NCBI GenBank assembly: GCA_964585945.1
Contig: CAZPGB010000006.1
Span: forward strand, 7,724 to 71,723
Direction of reading: 5' to 3'
DNA from: an uncultured bacterium
Lineage (GTDB): Bacteria; Eisenbacteria; RBG-16-71-46; CAIMUX01; WJJG01
Length of the DNA: 64,000 nucleotides
This document shows positions 35,632 to 44,715 of this stretch, in pieces. Numbering within the stretch: the stretch's first letter is position 1; every line of letters starts with the position of its first letter. A program made the position numbers and the translations under genes. The notes under the pieces were generated by a model. It was not told the origin of the DNA. It worked only from the letters and a program-made list of their open reading frames with translations, and searched no databases.

Positions 35632-37044
35632 CTACCCGGACGACTTGGACGCGTGCCGGATGACGAGGTGGTCGTCCTGCACGTCGACCATGATGCTGCG
35701 CGCGGCGGCGTGCTCGAGCAGGTACTTCGAGAGCGGGGTGAACAGCTTCTCCTCGAGCGCCCGGTTCAGATACCGCGCGCCCGCCTTGCGGACCTCTTGC
35801 TCCTTGATGAACGTGTCGTAGACGCGGTCGCTGATGATGACGCCCCGGTTCTGCTTCTTGAGCCTCTCGAGGACGGTGTTGACCTTGTAGCGCGCGATCA
35901 GCCGCACGTCCTCGGGCGTGAGGCTGTTGAAGAAGAGGACCCCATTGAAGGCTCCGATCAGCTCCTGGGAGAACTGCTCCTCGAGGATCTTGCGTCGCCG
36001 CTCCTCGCGCGGGATGCGCGAGCGCGTGAACCCGATCTGTTCGACCAGCTCGACATCCTCGACATCCATGCGCGTCGTAGCGAAGACGATCGAGCGGCTG
36101 AAGGAAACCTCACCCTGCGCGTCGATCAGGTTGCCGCGCTCGAGGATGTGGAGCAGCAGGCGGCGGACCCCCTCGTGGGCCCGCTCGATCCCGCGAAACA
36201 GGATCACCGAGTTGGGATTGCGCCGCACGGGCGTGGTCAGGGTTCCCTCGATCAACACCCCCTCGGCGCCCGGGTACGCGGTGACCAGCAGGTCCTCGAG
36301 GTCCTCTTCTTCGGAGTAGTCGGCCATGTCCAGGTTGATCACCCGGCTGTCGCTGCCCAGCAGGACCTCGGCCACGGCGTTGGCGAACTCGGTCTTGCCC
36401 ACGCCGGGCGGCCCGACGAGGAGAAACGAACCGTCGGGACGGCTGGGCTTGAAGTCGAGGTTGGTGCGGCGGATGCGGATCACGTTGGCCACGCGCCGAA
36501 TGGCCTCTTCCTTCCCGACGATGCGCTGGCCCAGCTGCTCCTCCAGGTGCAGCAGCGTGCTGTTTTCATCGCGCACGATGCGGCGCCGAGCGGCGCGCTT
36601 GGCGTCGGCGGCGGATTTCCTGGACGATCCGGAACGGCTCGCGCGTGCCGACGGGCCCTTCGACGCAGGACGCCGCTCGCGGGCTGTCTCGCGCGACGGA
36701 ACGCTCTTGGCAGTCTTGCGAGCCTGATTCTTCTTGCGCTGAGCGCCGGCGGCCGGCTTCTTGGCGGTCTTCTTCTTGCGCTGAGCGGTCGTGGGCGGCT
36801 TCTTGGCGGCCTTCTTCTTGCGCTGAGCGGCGGTGGGCGTCTTCTTGGCCGCCTTCTTGGAGGCCTTCTTCCTGCCCGCAGGGTCTTTACGCTGGGAGCG
36901 GACGGCGCCCGACCCGGGGGCGCCGCCGGCGGGCTTCCGCGGGCGCGGCTTCTTGCGGCGCGGGGCGACCTTGCGCCCGCGACGGGAGCCGGGCGCGGCG
37001 GCCGACGGGCGGGAACCAGTGCGGGTCTTCTCCGGCTTCTTCAT
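35632..37044 (-). CDS. Degenerate ClpA/B/C-type D2 AAA+ protein with Lys/Arg/Ala-rich histone H1-like N-terminus
   Basis: SD AGGAGG; RIVGKEEAI..RPDGSFLLVGPPGVGKTE; SVILFRGIERAH (Walker B lost); QIGF loop; GARYL sensor 2. Confidence 0.85.
   Translation of the reverse strand: MKKPEKTRTGSRPSAAAPGSRRGRKVAPRRKKPRPRKPAGGAPGSGAVRSQRKDPAGRKKASKKAAKKTPTAAQRKKKAAKKPPTTAQRKKKTAKKPAAGAQRKKNQARKTAKSVPSRETARERRPASKGPSARASRSGSSRKSAADAKRAARRRIVRDENSTLLHLEEQLGQRIVGKEEAIRRVANVIRIRRTNLDFKPSRPDGSFLLVGPPGVGKTEFANAVAEVLLGSDSRVINLDMADYSEEEDLEDLLVTAYPGAEGVLIEGTLTTPVRRNPNSVILFRGIERAHEGVRRLLLHILERGNLIDAQGEVSFSRSIVFATTRMDVEDVELVEQIGFTRSRIPREERRRKILEEQFSQELIGAFNGVLFFNSLTPEDVRLIARYKVNTVLERLKKQNRGVIISDRVYDTFIKEQEVRKAGARYLNRALEEKLFTPLSKYLLEHAAARSIMVDVQDDHLVIRHASKSSG
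36728..36853. repeat. Three 42-bp coding tandem repeats (AKKxPxxAQRKKK-like)
   Basis: ttcttcttgcgctgagcg at 36728, 36770 and 36812. Confidence 0.85.
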
Positions 37045-37382
37045 CGCCTCCTGCTCCTCCGTCCTCGCGGATGCACTGCTCCAAGGCCTTGTCCAGAAGC
37101 CAATTGAAGCATCGCCCCCAGGCCTCTTCGGCGCCGGCCCCGTCCCACTGAAGTGAAGGCGCATCGTTCGGGCGGCGTCCACCATCTACAGTTCGGCATT
37201 GTGGGGGCCGACGTTGATTCTGTCGAGTCCGCCGTTTGGTGTGCGCCGCCGCGATCCGCTAGGATCGGGGGGTCGGAACTGCGGGCGGGATGGACCGCGA
37301 GGGCTTTGCGCCCCGATGGCTGACCCGCGCCATCGGCGCGGCCGAGTTGCTCGCGGCGGCGAGTCCAGGGAGGGAGGCGTCG

Positions 37383-38477
37383 ATGGCCAAGGTGAAACGC
37401 TTGGGGGTGCTCACCGGCGGTGGGGACTGTCCCGGTCTGAACGCGGTTCTTCGCGGTCTGGTCAAGGCGGCCGCCTTCGATCACGACATCCATGTGGTGG
37501 GCTTCACCGACGGCTTCGCCGGCCTGATCAAGGACCACATCGTGCGCCTGGACTCCGACGCTGTGTCAGGCATCCTGGCCCGGGGCGGGACCATCCTGGG
37601 CAGCTCCAACAAGGACAATCCGTTCCGCGTTCCGGTCAAGGGCAACGGGGAGAACACGTTCGAGGATCGTTCCGACGAGGCGATGCACAACTTCGATCGC
37701 TATGGGCTGGATCTGCTGGTGGTGGTCGGCGGCGACGGCAGCCTGACGATCGCCAACCAGTTGGCCGAGAAGGGGATGCCGGTGATCGGCATCCCCAAGA
37801 CGATCGACAACGACCTGGCGGCTACGGACGTGACCTTCGGCTTCGACACCGCCCTGGCGACGGCCTGTGCCGCGCTCGACAAGCTCCACACGACGGCCCA
37901 GTCGCACCATCGCATCATGGTCCTGGAGGTCATGGGCCGGTACGCCGGATGGATCGCGCTCGAAGCGGGTCTCTCGGGCGGGGGCGACATCATCCTGATT
38001 CCCGAGATCCCCTTCACCGTCGACAGCGTGGTGGGGGCGATCAAGGACCGGCGTTTCCAGGGCCGCTACTACACGCTGATCGTGATCGCCGAGGGCGCCA
38101 AGGCCCAGGGCGGCGAGCTGCACGTCGCCAAGGTGGTCAAGGATTCGCCCGATGCCCTGCGCTTGGGTGGCGTGGGCGCATGGTTGGCTTCGGAGCTGGA
38201 GGCGCGGCTGGAAACCGAGGTGCGGGTCACCGTGTTGGGACACTTGCAGCGCGGGGGCACCCCCTCGGCCTTCGATCGGATCCTGGGCACGCGCTACGGC
38301 GTGCACGCGGCCAACTGCGCGGCCAAGGGGCTGCGCAACGTGATGGTCTCGCTGCGCGGGACGCAGATCACGGAAGTGCCGCTGGCCGAAGCGGTCGAAG
38401 TGTTGCGCCGCGTCGACCCCGAGTCGGAGCTGGTCCACGTGGCGCGCAGCGTGGGCACGCGCTTCGGTGACGAGTAG
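37383..38477 (+). CDS. pfkA: 6-phosphofructokinase (group III type)
   Basis: TGGGDCPGLNA, GGTILGS, GGDGS, PKTIDND, EVMGRYAGW, LGHLQRGG; SD GGGAGG. Confidence 0.95.
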   Translation: MAKVKRLGVLTGGGDCPGLNAVLRGLVKAAAFDHDIHVVGFTDGFAGLIKDHIVRLDSDAVSGILARGGTILGSSNKDNPFRVPVKGNGENTFEDRSDEAMHNFDRYGLDLLVVVGGDGSLTIANQLAEKGMPVIGIPKTIDNDLAATDVTFGFDTALATACAALDKLHTTAQSHHRIMVLEVMGRYAGWIALEAGLSGGGDIILIPEIPFTVDSVVGAIKDRRFQGRYYTLIVIAEGAKAQGGELHVAKVVKDSPDALRLGGVGAWLASELEARLETEVRVTVLGHLQRGGTPSAFDRILGTRYGVHAANCAAKGLRNVMVSLRGTQITEVPLAEAVEVLRRVDPESELVHVARSVGTRFGDE

Positions 38478-38535
38478 CCTCCGCTGCCCGCGGCCGCGGG
38501 CCGCCAGGATCACGACGACGTCAGGACGGTGCAGG

Positions 38536-39882
38536 ATGCACGACGAGCCTCGCGACAGACGCCCAACGCCGGCGGGACGACCCGGAGACGGCGGCCGCAC
38601 CGGACCCCGCCGGGTGCGCGGGCTCATGCGCGGGCTCGTCGCGGGGCTGGCCCTCCTGGGGGCGGCGAGCGGATCGATCGGGGCACAAGGGGAGTGCGAC
38701 GAGGAGTCGCCCGCCAAGGGGCGCCACATGGCGCGGCCCCGTTTCGTGGCGGAGGTGACCGCCTGCATCGAGGCCGACAGCGCCTACGCGTTGCTGCACA
38801 TCGACGTCCCCTACCGCGAGCTCGCCTTCCGCAAGCAGGGCGATGGGCTGGAGACCTCGTTCGACCTGATCGTGCACATCCAGCGCGGGGACCGTCAGGT
38901 CGCCGGCGATGTCTGGACCGAGGAGGTCCGGGTGGGGGACCGGGCGGACCTGCGCGGACGCCAAGCGCGTTTCGTCAAGGACCTGACCTTCCCGCTGCCC
39001 CCGGGGAACTACACCCTGGACGTGCGGCTCTCGGAGCCCAAGGCGGGCCAGGAGGGCCGCCTCTGTCTGGGGGTCGAGATCCCCATGCGGCTGCCGGGTC
39101 AGGTCCTGCTCTCCTCGATCCTGGTGGGCGCGTGCGGCTTATCGGGCACGATCGCCCAGCTCCGTGCTTCCCCCGCGATCTCGTTCGAGATCGACGAGGC
39201 CGACCGCTCGGTGTGCGCCTACGCGGAGCTGTACCATGCGGACGTGCCGATGGACTTCGTGGAGCTCCACTGGCGGCTGAAGGCCTCCAACGGCGACATC
39301 GTGCGGCAAGGCGAGCGCGTCTACCCGGCCGGGGATCGCGTGACCGCGCTGAGCTGGGAGCTGCCGCTCGGGGACCTGTGGCTCGACGTCTACCGGCTCG
39401 AGGTCGCCGTCGCGGCCGCCGGCAAGCAGGCCCACGCCTCCACGTCGATCTCGCTGCGGGCCGAATCGGACCCGGCCCTCTCCACCTTCTTCCGCGAGTC
39501 GTTCGGCGTGCTGGCCTACATCGCCGGTGACGAGGAGCTGCAACCCCTGCGGATGGCCGCGCCGCGCGACCGCAAGCACATGTGGGATGCGTTCTGGGCC
39601 AAGCGCGACCCGACCCCCGAGGATGGCTACAACGAGTACAAGGAGGAGTTCTTCCGGCGGCTCAACTTCGCCAACGAGGAATTCACCGTGATCCGCCCCG
39701 GCTGGAAGACCGACCGCGGGCGCATCTACATCACGCTGGGTCCCCCGGACGATGTGCGGCGGGATCCCTACTACGTGGGCGGGCAGTCGATCGAGATCTG
39801 GTACTACGACCGGCTGGGCCGGCAGTACGTCTTCGTCGACCGCACCGGCTTCGGAGACTACGAGCTGCGCTGGACCGAGTGA
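38536..39882 (+). CDS. GWxTD domain-containing exported protein (start uncertain; alternative 38626)
   Basis: FWAKRDPTP..EFFRRLNFAN..PGWKTDRGRIYITLGPPD..EIWYY; hydrophobic signal-like segment. Confidence 0.88.
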   Translation: MHDEPRDRRPTPAGRPGDGGRTGPRRVRGLMRGLVAGLALLGAASGSIGAQGECDEESPAKGRHMARPRFVAEVTACIEADSAYALLHIDVPYRELAFRKQGDGLETSFDLIVHIQRGDRQVAGDVWTEEVRVGDRADLRGRQARFVKDLTFPLPPGNYTLDVRLSEPKAGQEGRLCLGVEIPMRLPGQVLLSSILVGACGLSGTIAQLRASPAISFEIDEADRSVCAYAELYHADVPMDFVELHWRLKASNGDIVRQGERVYPAGDRVTALSWELPLGDLWLDVYRLEVAVAAAGKQAHASTSISLRAESDPALSTFFRESFGVLAYIAGDEELQPLRMAAPRDRKHMWDAFWAKRDPTPEDGYNEYKEEFFRRLNFANEEFTVIRPGWKTDRGRIYITLGPPDDVRRDPYYVGGQSIEIWYYDRLGRQYVFVDRTGFGDYELRWTE

Positions 39883-41078
39883 AGTCCCGCCAAGAGCGCC
39901 TCCACCTCCGCAACCCGCTGCTGCCACCCATGTGCCTCGGCCGCCTGCCTGCGCAGGGCGCGTAGCTGCGGCCCGTCGGATGCGAGCGCGCGGTCGCACG
40001 CGGGCAGAAACCCCTCCCGGTCACGGTAGACGTACGCCAGTGGCTCGCGCGCGTGCGCGGCCAGGCTGGGCAGGTCCGCCGTCACCACCGGTCGCCCGCA
40101 CGCCAGGTACTCGAAGAACTTCATCGGGAAGCTGTGGCGCGTCACCTCGTTGTCGACGAACGGGATCAGGCAGACGTCCAGGTGGTGGATGTAGCCGGCC
40201 AGCTCACGGCGGCCGCGCTCGCCCAGGAAGTGGACGTTGGGGCAATCCGCCAGCGCCCGGGCCGGCGTGGAAGGCTCGCCGCGGCCCACCGCGCCGACGA
40301 ACACCCAGGAGGCATGGGGGCGGCTTCGGGCCGCATCGGCCAGCAGCGCCAGATCGCACTTGTAGGCGGCCAGGTTGCCGACATAGCCGATGCGCGGTCT
40401 GGGCAGCGCCGCCAGGTCGGCCGGCTCGGGCGGCGGCGCCGCGGGCGGGGGATAGGCCTCGAGATCGGCCACGTTGCCCATCAGAACGACCCGCCGGTGG
40501 TGCGCGGCCAGTCGATCCTGCAGCGGGGCCGAAGCGGCCACGACGATCGCCGCGCGCGCGAGCAGGCGACGTTCCAGGGAGGCGATGAGCGGCCCATCGA
40601 CGCCCGGGTTGGCGGCGTAGGCGTCCACGCAGTGATAGACGATCGGACCGACGTCCAGTCGCTCGAGCACCGGCGCGGCCGACGGCAGGAAGGCCCAGGC
40701 GACCGGCCGCGTAAAGCCCAACCGGCGCAGGGCCCCGCCCACCTGGCGGGCGAGCAGGCGTGGACCCAGCCAGGCGGTCAGACCTGCGCGCGCGGGCGGC
40801 AGCGTGAGGGGCGAGAGCACGAAGAGGTGCCGGTCGGGTGCGGGGCGACGCAGAGCGCTCCCCAGGGCGGCCAGCCGGCGGCCGATCTTGCGTGCATCGC
40901 GCCGCCCCGGCCGCGGCGCGCGCAGCCCCAGGCTGTTCACGTACAGCACGCGGTGACGGCGCGCCAGGCGCCACATCAGGTGCTGGGCATTCACCCAGTT
41001 GGGCTCCTCGAAGTCCGCCGATCCGAAGCAGAGGATCTCGGCCGCCTCCGGCGCATCGCTGTCCTGTGGGCGTCTCAT
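39858..41078 (-). CDS. GT-B glycosyltransferase (GT4, TuaH-like)
   Basis: VYHCVDAY, IGYVGNL, NVHFLG, DVCLIPF..SFPMKFFEYLACGRPVV; ATGA overlap. Confidence 0.88.
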   Translation of the reverse strand: MRRPQDSDAPEAAEILCFGSADFEEPNWVNAQHLMWRLARRHRVLYVNSLGLRAPRPGRRDARKIGRRLAALGSALRRPAPDRHLFVLSPLTLPPARAGLTAWLGPRLLARQVGGALRRLGFTRPVAWAFLPSAAPVLERLDVGPIVYHCVDAYAANPGVDGPLIASLERRLLARAAIVVAASAPLQDRLAAHHRRVVLMGNVADLEAYPPPAAPPPEPADLAALPRPRIGYVGNLAAYKCDLALLADAARSRPHASWVFVGAVGRGEPSTPARALADCPNVHFLGERGRRELAGYIHHLDVCLIPFVDNEVTRHSFPMKFFEYLACGRPVVTADLPSLAAHAREPLAYVYRDREGFLPACDRALASDGPQLRALRRQAAEAHGWQQRVAEVEALLAGLHSVQRSS

Positions 41079-41905
41079 GAGGGGTCGGCCTCGAACCGCT
41101 CGGGGCTGAGGAAGTAGAGCTGACCCGCGCGCGGATAGCCGCCGCGACACCTCGGGCACCGCACCCGGAGCACGTCCACCTCCACCTCGCCGCTGCAGCG
41201 GGGGCAGCGCAGCAGTGGGGCCAGATCCATCCGGCGCGTGCGCCGGCGCCGCACCACGACGTGGCGCAGGGCGAGCCCGCCGGCCTTGCGCGCGAGAGCC
41301 CGCACGAAGCCCACGGGGCTCTGCGCCACCCAGGGCAGATAGGCGTCGGGGTGCGGCGGCGCCTGAACGATCCGATAGGTGATGCGCTCGCGCCACTCGA
41401 GCGCGGTCTTGAAGAGGCGCGGGTTGGTGTGCGCGAAGAGCTTCCAGCTCAGGTTGTCCTGGATCAGGCGGTTCGTCAGATGCTGATGGAATCCGCACGC
41501 CGCGGGCGGCTTGGCCGCGAAGAGCAGTTCCCCGCGCTCCAGCGCCACACTCCACCGGTGGTAGCTGCGATGGGGCTCGATACGCTCCATCAAGGCCGAC
41601 GGCGTCTCGATGTAGCCGGCGCGGGCCACCCGCTCCAGCTCGCCCAGCGCGCGTGTGGGATCGTGGACGTGCTCGACGACGTGGGCGGCGATGGCGTAGC
41701 CGAAGACGCGGTCGCCGAAGGGCAGTGCCTCCAGATCACAAACCACAATCGGCCGTCCATCGCGGCGCAGGCTGCCCTCGCGCTCGTCATCCGCGATGAG
41801 CTTGTCCACCAGGACGTCGCTGTGCGGGTAGGGGCGGTGCCCCGATCCCACTTCCAGCACGGGCCCTTGGATTCCGAAGTAGCGCATCTCCCAGACCCTA
41901 GCCAC
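41075..41905 (-). CDS. Class I SAM-dependent methyltransferase with C-terminal Trm112-like Zn ribbon
   Basis: VLEVGSG, DLEALPFGD, HVVEHVHDP; CPRC..CPRC. Confidence 0.8.
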   Translation of the reverse strand: MARVWEMRYFGIQGPVLEVGSGHRPYPHSDVLVDKLIADDEREGSLRRDGRPIVVCDLEALPFGDRVFGYAIAAHVVEHVHDPTRALGELERVARAGYIETPSALMERIEPHRSYHRWSVALERGELLFAAKPPAACGFHQHLTNRLIQDNLSWKLFAHTNPRLFKTALEWRERITYRIVQAPPHPDAYLPWVAQSPVGFVRALARKAGGLALRHVVVRRRRTRRMDLAPLLRCPRCSGEVEVDVLRVRCPRCRGGYPRAGQLYFLSPERFEADPS

Positions 41906-41956
41906 CGTCTCGATCCACGGTCCAGTTCAATCGCTCGTGAGCGCGAAGCCGCGCGG

Positions 41957-43126
41957 TCAGCCGCCGCGCGAGCCGGCGCCGGCCAGCACCTCCTCGTAGA
42001 TCTGCAGCACGCGATCGGCCACGGCGCTCTTGCTCCAGCAGCGCTCGGCCGTCGCCCGCGCGGCCGCGCCGAGCCGCTCGCGGCGCTGGGTGTCTTCCAG
42101 CAGACCGTCCAGCTCCTCGGCGATGCGCTCCGGGTCGGGGGGCGAGGCGATGAGCACGGCGTCGCGGTCGTGGGTCAGCCACTCGGCCGCGCCGGCCACG
42201 TCGGTGGTCAGCACCGGCAGCCCGCTGGCCATCGCTTCGGCGATGACGAGCCCGAAGGCCTCGTAGAGGGTGGGAAAGGCGAACACATCGGCCGCGGCGT
42301 AGTAGGCCTCGACGTCGGGCACCGGTCCGGTGAAGGTGACCCGCTCCATCACGCGGTGGCGCGCCATCTGGCGCCGGGCGTGCGGGGTCGGCGGCTTGCC
42401 GATCACGACCAGCCGCGCCTCTCGCGTGCGCATGCGGGCCAGCGCCTCGAGCAGGAAGCGCAATCCCTTGCGCACGTACTCGTAGCCCACGAACAGGATC
42501 ACGGGCGCCTCGCCCAGGCCCAGACGGGCGCGCACGCGGGCGCGCCGCACGGCGCGCTCGCGCGGGTGGAACGCCTCCAGATCGACCCCGTTGGGCACCA
42601 CGTGGATGCGGCCGGGGTCGGTGCCGTAGCTGGCGACGATCTCGTCCTTGATGCGGCTCGAAACGGCGATGATCCGGCGATGGCCGTGCGGCGAGAAGTT
42701 GTGCCGCTCGAGGGCGTAGATGGCCGGATGCACGGGGTTGAGCGTCTTCTTGGTCCACTCCCACGGTCCCCCGATGCGGCGCATGAGCTCCATGCCGTAG
42801 CGATGGCAGGAGTGGGCCGTGATCACATCGGCGCCGCGGCTGTCGGTGGCCTGGCCGTGGACGAGGTCGAAGCGATCGCGCCGGCGCTGGCGCTGTGCGG
42901 CCCGGCTGGCGCGGACGGCGAAGAGGGGCACGCGCAGGGCGTAGGGTCGCGCGGGCACCGGCACGCGCACGAAGCGCACGCCGGGCGCAGTCGCTTCGCC
43001 GGGAGGGTCGGCGCAGAAGAAGGTCACCTCGTGGCCGCGCTGCAGGTAGGCCTCGCAGAGGTCCGTCGCCACGCGCCAGATGCCGGCGGTCTTGCCGTAG
43101 CCCCGACTGAGCATCGCGATGTGCAT
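41957..43126 (-). CDS. Glycosyltransferase family 4
   Basis: IIAVS, VPNGVD, RKG, YEAFGLVIAEAMASGLPV; true start inside the 1079-aa ORF at the flippase stop overlap. Confidence 0.9.
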   Translation of the reverse strand: MHIAMLSRGYGKTAGIWRVATDLCEAYLQRGHEVTFFCADPPGEATAPGVRFVRVPVPARPYALRVPLFAVRASRAAQRQRRRDRFDLVHGQATDSRGADVITAHSCHRYGMELMRRIGGPWEWTKKTLNPVHPAIYALERHNFSPHGHRRIIAVSSRIKDEIVASYGTDPGRIHVVPNGVDLEAFHPRERAVRRARVRARLGLGEAPVILFVGYEYVRKGLRFLLEALARMRTREARLVVIGKPPTPHARRQMARHRVMERVTFTGPVPDVEAYYAAADVFAFPTLYEAFGLVIAEAMASGLPVLTTDVAGAAEWLTHDRDAVLIASPPDPERIAEELDGLLEDTQRRERLGAAARATAERCWSKSAVADRVLQIYEEVLAGAGSRGG

Positions 43127-44700
43127 CACCTCGTCCCCCGGTTTCCCGGCCCCGCCGGCCGTTGCCGGCCCGCCCGGCGACGGCGGACCAGCTCCCCCGC
43201 GGCCGCGCGCAGGGAAGGCACGGCGATCACCCAGCCGGCCCAGAAGAGACCCGCCCAGCCGAGCTGCACCGCGAAGGCGGCCCAGGCCGAGGCGGCGACC
43301 CCGCGCAGCCACCAGGACACGGCGGCGCAGGGCACGGCGCCCGCCAGCAGCAGCAGCAGGCGTCGCGGCGCCCGGGCGCCGCCGTAGCCGAGGCGGCCAT
43401 AGTAGACGGCCAGCGCCCCGAGCGCACCGATCGAGGGGCCCAAGCCCAGGGCCAGAATGCCCAGGCGGCGGTAGGTGAGCAGCACGAAGGCCACGTTGAG
43501 CGCGACCGCGAGCGCTTCGGCGCGCAGCACGCGCCCGTTCTCCATGCGGGCGTGCAACACGTTGCGTAGGAAATAGGCCCCGCCCACGGCCCACAATCCC
43601 GCGCCCAGCCCCAGCAGCGCTCGGCGCGTGGTCTCGTGCGAAAGGCTGTCGAAGGCTCCGCGCTCGTAGAGCAGCCCGATCAGCGGTCCCCCGGAGACGG
43701 TCAGGAAGACCGAGATGGGCACCAACAGCAGGAAGATGAGGCTCAGGACGCGGTCGGTGGTCTCGCGCAGCCGCTCGGGGGGCAGCTCGGCGAAGCGGGT
43801 CAGACTGACCAGCCCCAGCGGCATCAGCATGAGGGCGTGGGTGGTCTCCGTGATGAAGCGGGCGTAGTCCATCGCCGCAACGGTGCCGCCGCCCACCAGC
43901 GAGGAGAGCAGCCGCTCGATCACCAGGTTGGCCTGGATCATCAGCGACAGGAGCAGCAGCGGGCGCAGCGGCACCCAGAAGGATCGCCACAGGGGCGCCA
44001 GGTCCGCACGCGGCAGGTGCCAGCCGGAGGGAAGCTCCCGTCGCGCCGCCAGCATCCCGGTGGCCACCGCGGCCAGCAGCCAGTAGGTCAAGGTGAAGCC
44101 GTAGGCGGCCAGCACCGGGCGGCCGGCGGCCACGGCCGCCAGGATCATCACCAGCAGGCCCAGGTTCTGGACGCCGGGCCGGATCGTCGGCAGGCGGTAG
44201 TCGCGCTGCGCGGCGCCGAGGGAGCTCAGCAGCGTGCAATAGATGTAAGGCGGCACACCCAGGGCCATGATCCTCAGCATGGCCGCCGTGAGCTGCTGGC
44301 GCTCGGCGTCGAAGCCGGGCAAGAGCGTGCGGGACAGCCAGCCGGCGCCCCCGAAGAGCACGGCGGCCAGCGCCAGCCCCGCGCCCAGGAAGAGCAACAG
44401 CACGCCCTGGAACAGCCCGTCGGCGCGGCGGCGGTCCTGGCCGCGCAACCGGGTGTAGAGCGGAATGAAGCAGGTCTGGATGGCGTGGGTGGTCAGCAGG
44501 TGCACCGGGGAGAGGGCCAGGGTGAGCGAGGCACGGTAGCCGTCGGTGACCGGACCGGTGCCGAAGAAGCGCGCCAGCAGGACCTCGCGCACCAGGCCCA
44601 GCGCCTTGCTGGCCAGCGCGCCGACGCCCATGCCCAGCGTGCTGCGGCGCGCCCACGCGGCATCGGGCCCGGGAGAGGCGGTTGGCGCGGAAGGAGGCAT
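43126..44700 (-). CDS. MurJ/MviN-like MOP-family flippase
   Basis: SKALGLVREVLLARFFGTG, FIPLY, IERLLSS, LLYERGAF; many TMs. Confidence 0.85.
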   Translation of the reverse strand: MPPSAPTASPGPDAAWARRSTLGMGVGALASKALGLVREVLLARFFGTGPVTDGYRASLTLALSPVHLLTTHAIQTCFIPLYTRLRGQDRRRADGLFQGVLLLFLGAGLALAAVLFGGAGWLSRTLLPGFDAERQQLTAAMLRIMALGVPPYIYCTLLSSLGAAQRDYRLPTIRPGVQNLGLLVMILAAVAAGRPVLAAYGFTLTYWLLAAVATGMLAARRELPSGWHLPRADLAPLWRSFWVPLRPLLLLSLMIQANLVIERLLSSLVGGGTVAAMDYARFITETTHALMLMPLGLVSLTRFAELPPERLRETTDRVLSLIFLLLVPISVFLTVSGGPLIGLLYERGAFDSLSHETTRRALLGLGAGLWAVGGAYFLRNVLHARMENGRVLRAEALAVALNVAFVLLTYRRLGILALGLGPSIGALGALAVYYGRLGYGGARAPRRLLLLLAGAVPCAAVSWWLRGVAASAWAAFAVQLGWAGLFWAGWVIAVPSLRAAAGELVRRRRAGRQRPAGPGNRGTR

Positions 44701-44715
44701 ACGGGATGGACCCGG

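Noticed and set aside
35632-37044. Clp-like gene as a simple pseudogene
   Set aside because: No frameshift or stop, strong SD, normal GC3-rich codons, and selective retention of Walker A, IGF and sensor 2; decay is still not fully excluded
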